Positions 49,458 to 64,000 of a DNA stretch of 64,000 nt are shown in pieces. The stretch lies in assembly GCF_009914755.1 (NCBI RefSeq), contig NC_060926.1; one strand, 5' to 3'. Below the pieces are notes generated by a model, which worked only from the letters and a program-made list of their open reading frames with translations, ran no database searches and was not told the origin of the DNA. A program made the position numbers and the translations under genes. This DNA comes from the human T2T-CHM13v2.0 reference genome, Homo sapiens. Every line of letters starts with the position of its first letter. The first letter of the stretch is position 1.

Positions 49458-49949
49458 TAGCCAGGATAGTCTCGATCCCCTGACCTCGTGATCCGCCCAC
49501 CTCGGCCTCCCAAAGTGCTGGGATTACAGGCGTGAGCCACCCTGCCCAGCTAATTCCCTTATTTCTTAATTGCCAATGTTAGTTTCTGTTAAGATGGATG
49601 GGGATTTAACTCTCTTGTGTCACTCCTAATATATTTGTATTACTAGTTTTTGTAATATCTATAACCAATGGTAACTTGATTATTATAATATAAATATTGC
49701 TCGCTCAACTCAAATAGTCTATATAATTACATTTCCTGAAGCAGTCTTTTATTTTTCTAAAGTATTGGATTTAATTCTCTCTCTCTCTTTTATTTTTTTA
49801 ACTTTTTGCTTTTATTTCTCTTGATCTATTTGCCATTGTCAGCCACATAATGTTTCATGTAGATTTTCCTCTTGGACAGTAATTGATAAAACTTTTCAAG
49901 CTCCCAAACTTATACTTTATTCTAATTACAAAATGCTTTCTTATTTTAA

Positions 49950-50273
<324 letters not shown>

Positions 50274-50699
50274 TGATCCACCCGCCTTGGTCTCCCAAAA
50301 TGCTGCGATTACAGGCATGAGCCACCACACCTGGCCAACACAACGTTAAATATACTGAATAATGAAACATAGAGCCAGGCTTTATAACTGTGTGGTGGGG
50401 AGCAAAATCTTCCATTCTCAGGGGGACAATCTCCAGTGAGAGTATCCGGCTGCTTCTGCAGTTGGCAATGACATATGTGCCTGAGACACCTGCCATTTCT
50501 CCAGTCTTTGGTAAGAGAATTTCTGGGCACTATACAGGAATAGCCTCCTGATAATGTTTATTCATTGTTCGAACGTTGGACCATCCATTCAAGCATTGCT
50601 GTTGTACTATATGGGCTTTCTGAGTGTGTCCAAAACTGTTGATAATACCCCCTTTCCCATGGCTCTCAGGAGGTCTTACTGGAATTTTTAGGACATTCG

Positions 50700-50944
50700 A
50701 CTCAGAAAATAAACAAAACAAGTAATCTCATAAACCTAGCTCCCATTCCAAAGGGCAGTAAATAATATATTATGAGATCCTCCCATGACAGTTGACCCAA
50801 ACAATAACTAGGAAGTGGTCATGTGTCTTCCCTCTCCTCTTCCCAGAGTTGGTACATAAGGGCCTCCCCCAGCAGAAGGAGGCATCAGACCTCCTCACCT
50901 CTCAAGTCCTTCCTCACTTCACCTGAGTCCTCTTTACTGACACC
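50700..50944 (+). promoter_or_regulatory. Promoter and 5'UTR of the plus-strand SCYGR gene
   Basis: GAAAATAAACAA (about 50705-50716), CTCATAAA (50727-50734), AGGAAGTGG (50810-50818), TACATAAG (50853-50860); leader catcagacctcctcacctct...ctgagtcctct.tactgacaccATG shared with the paralog. Confidence 0.7.
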
Positions 50945-51235
50945 ATGGGTTGCTGTGGTTGTGGAAGTTGTGGTGGCTGCGGTGGTGGCTGTGGTGGCTG
51001 CGGTGGTGGCTGCGGTGGTGGCTGCGGTGGTGGCTGTGGCAGCTGCACCACCTGCAGGTGCTACCGGGTGGGCTGCTGCTCCAGCTGCTGCCCCTGCTGC
51101 CGCGGCTGCTGTGGGGGCTGCTGCAGCACACCTGTGATCTGCTGCTGCCGCCGCACCTGCGGCTCATGTGGCTGCGGCTGTGGGAAGGGCTGTTGCCAGC
51201 AGAAAGGCTGCTGCCAGAAGCAATGCTGCTGCTAG
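50945..51235 (+). CDS. SCYGR7: Small cysteine- and glycine-repeat protein (SCYGR/KRTAP28 family), 96 aa, intronless
   Basis: MGCCGCGSCGGC...[14 protein letters not shown] with 37 Cys and 30 Gly of 96 residues; Kozak ACACCATGG; TATA-like TACATAAG 50853-50860; ATTAAA 51612-51617. Member number inferred from recalled gene order. Confidence 0.9.
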   Translation: MGCCGCGSCGGCGGGCGGCGGGCGGGCGGGCGSCTTCRCYRVGCCSSCCPCCRGCCGGCCSTPVICCCRRTCGSCGCGCGKGCCQQKGCCQKQCCC

Positions 51236-51737
51236 GCGGGTCCCCGGCCTCTGGGAAGATGCTGCAGGTAACGAACTGTCCTGTTGGTAAATTTTCTCTC
51301 CCTCCTGCCAGGCTTCTCTGATTTGAAAGTCACAAGAAGTTTTATCCACATTCCCTGGTCTCTGAGATCCTGCCTGCACGTGAAAACCACCAACACAAAC
51401 CTTCTCTATCAATCACCAATCAAAGTATGAGTCCAAAAAAAAACAGAGGGATATTTTTAATGCTATGTTTTCTTGAAATTTTACTGTTGAAATGTTTGTT
51501 TCCATTCCTTTTCCCTCCTTTCTGTAGTTTCTGTATCCTGCATGTCTGCTCCTGCTTTCTGTTTCTGTAAACCTGAGACAATATTTTCCCAATTAACCAC
51601 ATAAAATTGGCATTAAAGATTCATGGACATCTCCTTCTTTCTTTCATTCTTCTAATGTGTCTAAAGGAAAGATGCGATGAAATCTAGAAAACTAACACTC
51701 CGTATGTTTGTTTGTGATGGCTTTAGAATAATAACTA

Positions 51738-52049
<312 letters not shown>

Positions 52050-53809
52050 TCACTAATAAACTGGGTGCAGTGGCTCACACCTGTAATTCCAGCACTTTGG
52101 GAGGCTGAGGTGGGTGACTTTTAAGGCCAGGACTTCGAGACCAGCCTGGTCAACATGGTGAAACCCATCTCTACTAAAAATACAAAAAATTAGCTGGGTG
52201 TGGTGGTGTGTGCCTGTGGTCCCAGCTGCTTGGGAGATTGAGGCAGGAGAATCACTTTGAACCTGGGAGGTGAGGGTTGCAGTGAGCTGAGATCATACCG
52301 CTGAACTCCAGCCTGGGCAACAGAGTGAGACTCTGTCAAAAAAAAAAAAAAAGAAAAGAAAAGAGAAGAAATCATGAATAATCTGTTCCTAACAGGTTTT
52401 CACACAGTGGTAAAAGTTTGTTGGCTTCTATCTGAATTAGAAAAAAGATTCAGAAAACTATCAATGAGATCTTATTTCATCACTTTCTCTCTACCCTTAG
52501 ATTCAAATTTTCTAACAGAGTTTAACCTCAGCATCTATAGCCAGATGAAATTCAATACCTAAAGCTATTTAGGTCTTGGTTATTTTGGTTTTGGTTCTAT
52601 TAACAGACTAAAATTTAATTACAGTTCAATGAAATTAAAAAAAATTCATCATCAGTACTAGTTAATTGTCTTTCTGGTAGATTATGGTCACAAAATACTA
52701 ATGTGGCCATACTGGAATAAATCTATTAGTAAAAGTTGTGACCTACTAAGGCACTATATCCACTTTAATTTTGTATATATATATTTTTTTCCTTTTTTTT
52801 TTTGAGATGGAGTCTCACTCTGTTGCCCAGGCTGGAGTGCAGTGGCGTGATCTCGGCTGACTGCCACCTCCGCCTCCTGGGTTCAAGCGATTCTCCCGCC
52901 TCTGCCTCCTGAGTAGCTGGGATTACCAGTGCCCACTACCACACCTGGCTAATTTTTGTATGTTTAGCAGAGATGGGGTTTCACTTTGTTGGCCAGGCTG
53001 GTCTCGAACTCCCAACCTCAGGTGAGTTGGCCTTGGCCTCCCAAAGTTTTGGGATTACAGGCGTGAGCCACTGCGCTTAGCCCTACTTTAATTATATTCT
53101 ATCACAAGTAAGTAAGAATATTATAAGAACAAAAAAATACAGAGTTCACAAGGGGTGGCTTTCATACCACATCTGTAAGTCCCCTGAAAGTGAAGCCACA
53201 TATGGTGTATGTTGAAAAACCCATCTTCTGAATGTAGTGTCCTTTATTAAATGAGATATCCATTAGAATTTTGAGCTCAACTCTCTTCCCTGTTGAAAGC
53301 AAGGGATGGAGAAAGGGACAGAAGACTTCTCCGTGGTGTTGGCAGCCACCCTGGGCCTGAGAAAGGTAATTTACTGATTCTTGCTCCTGGACCACAGAGG
53401 TCTCTTCTCTTTCTCTTCCATTCTTGGAAGCACTCACAGAAAGTAGATACCTCAGAAATGCTACAGTGAAAAGAACCGTAGAAGATGCTAGTCCAGGGGC
53501 AAGTTCAAAGTCTGCATTAAATAGTAACACCACGGATGCTTCCAAAGAGAGGCTGTTATGAGAGTTTCATAAGAGTCAAGGAAAAATGGGCACTTCTTGC
53601 CTGACTCAAGTGTGTTTCTGTAGGGACCTAAAAGATGAGGGGCTACAGTGCTGACTTGGTGGTTATTTCTTGTTATTGCCTGTCAGTTTCAGCATCAATA
53701 TGTGGATCAAAAGAACCAGGTAATAATATAAAGTAGATGAATTTGTTTCAGCATATATCTGGCAATCACAAACTTTGCATCAGACACTGCGGTGGGCACA
53801 GTAGGACAC

Positions 53810-54170
53810 GTGAAAACAAGCCCCAGATGGCCAGGATTTGAGTAATAACTGGCAGTTTCCCTAATTCTTATTCCCTTTTTCCAATATAAGACCAATTAGA
53901 GAGAGTCGAATATGCACTCCTAATGAATCACATAAGATGCCCTGCTTCTAGTTAGTCTGTCTGCAATGTCCCATACCAAAAGCCTCTCATCTGGGCATAC
54001 CTGAAACCTTCCCTTCTTCTGGTATAAAGCTTTCCCACTCCTCCGCCTGCCTTTGAGTGTCCACGAAAACAGAGGGGATGCTGTGGCAAACCATCACTTT
54101 GCTATGGCAAGCATAATTAAATAGCCTTTACCTGGACTAATTTGGTGGGTTGTCATTTATTTCCACAAGA
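53810..54170 (+). mobile_element. ERV1-type LTR remnant (MER34/MER39-like)
   Basis: tataaagctttcccactcctccgcctgcctttgag motif and downstream poly(A)-like signal; subfamily from recall only. Confidence 0.5.
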
Positions 54171-54884
54171 CTCAGGAATTTCATTCCTAAGTGTGTGTAA
54201 ATTCTATAGATACATACAAGAATGCTCACAGTAGCACTGTCAAAAATAGCAAAAACCTGGAAACAACGGGACTTCCTATCATCTGGAGAGTAAATAAACA
54301 GAAATGGAATGTAAGTGGATGTAGTAAAACCATGTCCAAAGAAATGCAAAGGAATAACAAACACAAGCTTTTTCTGTTTTTGTTTTTGAGACAGGGTCTT
54401 ATTCTGTTGCCCAGGCTGTAGTGTGGTGTCACGATTATGGCTCACTGTAGCCTTGATCTCCTAGGTTCAAGTGATCCTCCTGCCTCAGCCTCCTGAGTAG
54501 CTGAGACTACAAGTATGCTCCGCCACGCCTGGCTAACTTTTAAGTTTAATAGCAATTAGTTCTTGCTATGTTGCCCAATCTCAAATTCCTGAGCTCAAGC
54601 AATCCTCCTGCCTCTGCCTCCCAAAATGTTGGGATTACAGGTGTGAGCCACCACTCCTGGCTGAACACAAGCTTTAGGGCAAGGACTACCTTGGGTGTAG
54701 GAGGGCAGGAGGACAGGTTGGGCAGGAGGAGCCTTATGTTAGATCATACTGTCAAAGTCCTGAACAGTTACATCATTAAAATAATTAACAAATTAAATAA
54801 AGAAGGCTATGTTTAAAGTGTTCTATGAACCAAAAGGGCACACAAACCATTGTTTCCTCTGCCCCTTAAAAAATGGTATATGTT

Positions 54885-57297
<2,413 letters not shown>

Positions 57298-60200
57298 AAA
57301 AAATGGCATATGTTAAAATGTGGTAACCATTATAAAAAAAAATAGAGCACAGTATGAGAGATTGGGATTGAAGGAATGGTGGATGGGATTTCAATTTCCA
57401 ATTGGGTGGTCCAAATAGGACTCAGGTAGAACCTGACATTCCATCAAAGACTAGAAAGTGATGAAGAAGTGAACTATCCAGTTTTCTGGGGCAAGAACAT
57501 TCCAGAAAGTGGGAAGGGAACAGTGAAAACGCAGTTCAACCAGCACCCACTTAATGGGAGTGTCAGGAGTACCGAGTTCAGTGAAGTAATGGAGAGGGTG
57601 TTGTTGGCATTTCTCGGGGACAATTTTAGGTCACTGTAAACCAGCTTTGACTGTGAGAAAAGCAGGGAAGCTGGGAAGGGATCCTCTGCCTTCCTTTATA
57701 AAAGGATTACTCCAAACAGTGCCTTGAGAATTGACCACAGGAGGGTCCAAGGTAGGACCTGGGCCATCTTGAGGAAGCTCTTGCTGGGTAGGGGTGAGGC
57801 AGCCTGAACCTGTGGGGTAGGGGTGTAGGTCAAGAGAGGATTCAGCTCTGGTAATGTCAAGTGGATTTGCTGATACATCCAGTGTAGGGTGTGAGAGGAA
57901 AACAGGAGTCAAGGTGGCACCAACGTCTTTTTGGCCTGTGCAACCAAAAGGATGGAGTTGCTGTTTATTGAGATTAACTAGAAAAGGTGTTGGCCAGGCA
58001 TGGTGGGTGCACGCTTGTGGTGCCATCTACTCAGGAGGCTAAGGTGGGAGGATTGCTTGAGCCTGGGAGGTCAAGGCTGCAATGACTTATGAGCGCGTCA
58101 CTGAACTCCAGCCTGGGAGACAGAGCAAGACCTGTCTCAACCCCTGCCTCATCCCCCAAAATAAAGGGCATATCTGCAAGAAAATCATGTGCTTTTTTGG
58201 GGTGTGAGTAGGGATTGCTGGTGGGAATTTCAAGTGTTCAGTTTCTAACATGTAAATTTTCAGTTGTTAACTGTCTTCCCTTCTATAATTGTGTCCCCTG
58301 TAAAACTTTGGTGAGAGCAGGAGAGGTTTTATATAAAAGTTGAAAGCAGCATTCTTCTCATTCTTCTCAGATGTGGAGACATCCATTACCTTCAAGGTGC
58401 AGTTCCTTTGGTTTGGGTCCACAAGCAGATAAGTATTTGCCCCTTGCTTATGCAGAGGCAGACACCGTTTCCATTCGGTCATGCCAATTTGGAATATATT
58501 TCTGTTGTGTTGATATGGAGCCGTTAGGATAGATGTGTTTTTTTCTCTGCTTAGACTCAGGTGGCTCCCTGCCTGGAGGGTGGGGAGTGTGTGTGCTTTT
58601 ATTTAAGCCGATGCTCACAACTGGTCTGGAGTACTGACTTCAGGTCTCTACAAAAGATGCCACAGTTTGATTTTAACCTCCTGCTGAATGAGGGACTGAA
58701 ATCACAAATAGGACAGAGTTTGACACATTTCAACAAAGAAGTAATATTCATATCCCACACGTGCAATGCTTGAAATGAAATACTCCAAGTATCAGGAGGT
58801 AATAATGTTGGTTTATTGAGTCCTGAGTAATTGTCCAGCTGTGAACTTGGGCAGGGGACAAGCCCACTCTGGTGTGGGTAGGAGTGGGGTGGGAGACCCT
58901 GAAGGGAGCAGATGTTTTAGCTGTCCATCACCTGGAGCTGAGGCAGATCTGGGAACTGAAAAGGGGGTGAAGCCCTCCCAAAGGTTGGGGCATCCTCCTC
59001 CTTTCATTGCAGTTGAACTGTGGCTCCTGACCAGACTCCAAGGGGAGCAAAGGTGCTTGAGGGCATTCCTTGGGAGGAGGGAGCTGGCTGGTGCTGCCCA
59101 ATGCAGGCAGCATGGGATAGAGGTTAAGTACTTGTAAGAGGCACCCAGAGGTTGTATTTGACCATGACTTTAAACTACTCTGGGTTGTCTTTGAACCTTT
59201 ACTAGAGACTTGCCAATAATTATGATCTGGGTTCTGAAAGGTTGTAGGGAACTAAAGGAAGACCCTGTTCCACTCTTGGGATGGAGAACAGAGAAGGGGA
59301 GCTTAGTTGGAATGGGGTGAAAGCAGTGGATGCTAGGAGAGTTGGGTCAGCCCAGCAGACCTGGGACCCCTGAGAGCTGATGACAGGAAGACAGCAGGCT
59401 CCCTGATGAAGAGGCCAGAAGCAGAGCAATGCTGCGTGTGATGTGGTGCGGTAGCGGGTAGTCTCTGCCTGCCTAGATGTGTGACCTGGCACCCCAGGAA
59501 ACTCTCAGAGAAAGATGAGCTCAGAGAGTACATAGTGCAGAGGTCACCACCAGAGGGATAAAATTCCAGCAAAAAAGATGCAGGTGAATCCAGCCATCAT
59601 TATTGAAGGAATTTTTTTTTTTTTCTTTGAGACAGACTCTTGCTCTGTCACCCAGGCAGGAGTGCAGTGGCTTGCTCACGGCTCACTACAGCCTCAACCT
59701 CCTGGGCTCAGGTGATCCTTTCACCTCAGCCTCTCGAGTAGCTGAGACCACAGGTGCATGCCACCACACCTAGCTAATTTTTTGTAGAGATGGGGTCTCA
59801 CTGTATTGCCCAGGGATATTGGGAAAATTCAATGGAAATGCAACTCTATTTTTTTAAGTTAATCAATTGATTTTTTTTTTGAGACAGAGTCTCACTCTGT
59901 CACCCAGGCCAGAGTACAGTGGCACAATATCGACTCACTGCAGCCTCCACCTCCTAGGTTCAAGTGATTCTCCTGCCTCAGCTTCCCGAATGGCTGGGAT
60001 TACAGGTGTATGCCACCATGCCCAGCTAATTTTTAGTATTTTTAGTAGAGATGGGGTTTCATCATGTTGGCTAGGCTGGTCTTGAACTCCTGACCTGAAG
60101 TGATCTGCCCGTCTTGGGCTCCCAAAGTGTTGGGATTACAGGCGTGAGCCACCGTGCCCGGCCTGAATGACTCTCTTAATCTGTAGTTCCCCCTCCAACT

Positions 60201-61234
60201 CCCTCTCTTTCTCTCTCCTTGAATTGTGTTTCTCCTGTGAGTTTTCCATGGTCAAATTTTGAATTTTGATAATTGCATCCCCATGTAATTAGATCTAGAG
60301 GCTTATTAAGATTCAGTTTCTATTTTTGGACAAGAATGCTTCATGGGTGGTGTTGGGTTCCTCCACCAGGAAGCATATAATTCTAATTGTCTCTCTTTGA
60401 ATGATAGTGGCACCTGCTGTTAGTCACTGCCTACATCCATTAATTCATTTGGGTTGCAAAATGGTGACTGATATTCTACTTTTTCCTCATCTATTTGTTG
60501 GAATACCTCTATAGAAAGAAATGTGGGCTGGGTGGGGTGGGTCACACCTATAATCCCAGCACCTTGGGAGGCCAAGGTGGGAGGATCACTTGAGGCCAGG
60601 ACTTTGAGATCAGCATGAGCAACATAGTGAGACACTGTCTCTAATACTAAAAAAAAAAAAAAAAAAAAAAAAGAAAACAAAGAAAAGAAAAGAAATGTCC
60701 CCTCCTCAACTCTTTGCTTACTCTGAGGTACAGTTCATTTAGGAAAAGAAGAATAAATGCCTAATTCTCCTCCTACCATTAAAAATATCTATTTCAAAAT
60801 AATGTGTTAATTTCTTAGCATCTTCCAAAGATGACCAATGAGGATTTCTTAAAAATTTGCTATTATTATGAACTCATAGATTTAAAAAAAATTTATGTGT
60901 TTTAGCTCACTGTAGCCATTTTTCTTTTTGATGCTTAAATTGTTGTCTTGATATGAACCCATTACCCTTTGGTAGCTTCCTTGTTTTCTGGTGTGACAAG
61001 ATATTCCAGGCTTATCCCGTACATTTTATGCCCCAAATCTGGAATCATTTTATTTATTTATTTTTTATTTTGAGACAGAGTCTTGCTCTCACCCAAACTG
61101 GAGTATAGAGGCAGAATCCTGGCTCACTGCAACCTCTGCCTCCTGGATTCAAGCAATTCTCATGCCTCAGCCTCTTAAGTAGCTGGGACTTCAGGCACAT
61201 GCTACCACATCTGGTTGATTTTCTATATTTTTAG

Positions 61235-61608
<374 letters not shown>

Positions 61609-61911
61609 TGACCTCAAGTGATCTGCCCGCCTAGGCCTCCCAAAATGCTGGTATTATAGACATGAGCCACCGTGCCCAGCCTGGAATCATTCATTTTTCA
61701 AGGAGCTCTTATTTGTATTTCTTTTTAAAATGCCTGATTCTTCCTTTACATATTTCCCTATGTGAATTTATAAAAGTTCCTTACATATAAAGATATTAAT
61801 CTTTTGTCCTATATGCATATATATTTTCCCCAGTTTCAGAAATTTTGAAGCTTTGTTTTTGTCAGAAATTTAAACATTTTATAAGTCACATCTCTCAATT
61901 TTTTTCCATAT

Positions 61912-62327
61912 TGTTGGGAAAAAGCTGAGTGTTGGGGAAAAAACTGAGGCAGGGCTTGCATGTCTGAAATAATGTCCTCTGGAATGTGTCTAGACTTGCT
62001 GGCTCCTTGCTTCTAGCCCTCCTAGGCTCCTAGATCAATCGTATTCGCATTATCTCAAGTAGCAGAACATGGTCCATATAAACACTAAACTATCACAGCT
62101 GTGGATCATGTGTCTGCCCTTTTGACCCCCACATTCTCACTGCCGGTTTCTTTGTTGGATTACCAATAAATAGCGTGGGCTCCTAGAGCTCGGGGCCTTC
62201 GCCGCCTCCATAATCGCGATGGCACCCTGGTCCCACTTTACTTCTCAAACTGTCTTTTTCTCAATCCTTTGACTCCGCCAGACTTTGTTGCCCACGCGAC
62301 CTGGTGTTGGGTCTGATCACCCCAATG
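61912..62327 (+). mobile_element. ERVK-class solo LTR, probably LTR3 (HML-6)
   Basis: tgttgggaaaaagctgagtgttgggg...aataaa...ggtgttgggtctgatcaccccaa; flanks catat/cgtat resemble a TSD. Subfamily from recall. Confidence 0.65.
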
Positions 62328-62472
62328 CGTATGATTTTTGGTATTGGTGCCATATTAAGCAAGGTATTCCACAGCCCAGGAATATAATACTATTCTCCCA
62401 TATTTTTTATACTACCCCTATTGCCTTACTTTTTTATATTTCAATACTTAATCCCTGGAATTTATGGAGATT

Positions 62473-62514
62473 TGGCATGATGCAAGGGTTTTATGGCATG
62501 ATGCAAGGGTTTTA
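62473..62514. repeat. Perfect 21-bp tandem duplication
   Basis: (tggcatgatgcaagggtttta) twice, head to tail. Confidence 0.95.
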
Positions 62515-63742
62515 CTTAAAAAATCATTTTATGTCATACTCTAGTTGTGTAAGATGTTATCCTTGACGGAAGCTGGACTAAGAGTACGTGGGCCCTCTCT
62601 ATGCTATTTTTGCAACCAAAAGTCTATTATAATTTCAAAATAAGTAAAAAAACAAAAAACCAAAAACACTGAGTAGAGTGGCTCCCAACTGTAATGTCAG
62701 CACTTTGGGAGGCTGAGGCATGAGGATCGCTTGAGGCCAAGAGTTCAAGACCAGCCTGGGCAACACAGTGAGACCCTGTCTCTACAAAAAAATAAAAATA
62801 AAAATTAGCTGAGTGTGGTGATTCATGCCTGATATCCTACCTACTTGGGAGGATTAGGCAGGAGGACTGTTTGAACCCAGGAGTTCGAGGGTGCAGCGAG
62901 CTATGATGGTGCCACTGTCACTCTAGCCTGGGTGACAGATTGACACCCTGTCTCAAAAAAAAAAAAAGAAGGAAAAAACCCATTTTTGTCATTTTGTTAT
63001 TGTTGTGGTGGTGGTGGTTGGTATCCAGGTTTATTCTTCCAGATGGTTAGCTAAATGTTTAATTGCTTAGGGAGCTTAGTGGTGAATATGAGGTAATTTA
63101 CAGAAGTTACATACATAATTGGCGTTTATGTGGTCATTAAGAAACAGTTTCTGAAAAGCAAATATTTAATAATGAGGGTAATTGTATATGATTAAATATT
63201 AAGTTAAAAACCGGGATACAAAATTATATATTCACAATATTTTTAATTTTGCCATATAAATTCAAGGAAATAGCCGGGCATGATGGCTCACATCTGTAAT
63301 CCCAGTACTTTGAGAGGCCAAGGTGGGCAGATCACCTGAGGTCAGGAATTCAAGATCAGCCTGGCCAAAATGGTGAAACCCTCTCTCTACTAAAAATACA
63401 AAAATTTAGCCAGGCATCGTGGCACGTGCCTGTAATCCCAGCTACACGGGAGGCTGAGCCCAGATGGCGCTATTGCACTCTAGCTTGGGCGACAGAGCAA
63501 GACTCCATTTCAAAAAAAAAAAAAAAAAAAAAATCAAGGTAATAGTCTATGTTAATTAAAAGAAAAAAGAACCCAGGTGCTGTGGCTCATGCCTGTATAA
63601 CCAGCACTCTGGGAGGCCGAGGTGGTCAGACCACCTGAGGTCGGGAGTTTGAGACCAGCCCAGCCAATATGGTGAAACCCCATCTCTACTAAAAATATAA
63701 AAATTAGCTGGGCGTGGTGGCACATGCCTGTAATCCCAGCTA

Positions 63743-63931
<189 letters not shown>

Positions 63932-64000
63932 TTAATTGGGTGATAAAATTTAATATCACTAGAAATGGGATCAATTAACATCACACACTTGTTGATGTGA

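Noticed and set aside
58250-59590. Non-Alu stretch with several short ORFs
   Set aside because: No convincing exon or protein signal; may be old LTR or enhancer DNA that I cannot classify by eye.

Overview
Human (or close great-ape) genomic DNA, recognisable as the 2q36.3 SLC19A3 locus. The whole SLC19A3 (thiamine transporter 2) gene lies on the minus strand: a GC-rich promoter and non-coding exon 1 near 40.4-40.7 kb, then five coding exons with canonical GT/AG junctions (24807-24956, 21374-22202, 18527-18719, 10804-10945, 10035-10211), giving 1491 nt and an intact 496-aa protein. Upstream is a head-to-head pair of intronless Cys/Gly-rich genes (47071-47370 minus, 50945-51235 plus) of the SCYGR/KRTAP28 family, probably SCYGR6 and SCYGR7. 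The rest is mostly transposon-derived: roughly 60 Alus, L1s, MaLR/ERV1/ERVK LTRs and MER1. The best leads are the SCYGR pair (about 100 nt of identical core, shared promoter motifs), two short apparently templated insertions copied from 2-2.6 kb away into LTRs, a three-arm Alu under one TSD, a 43-bp repeat flanking an Alu, a 5'-inverted L1 inside an Alu linker, an L1-Alu deletion junction, and poly(A) signals placed between inverted Alus downstream of the SLC19A3 stop. Gene numbers and repeat subfamilies come from recall and were not searched; repeat boundaries are approximate unless TSDs are quoted.
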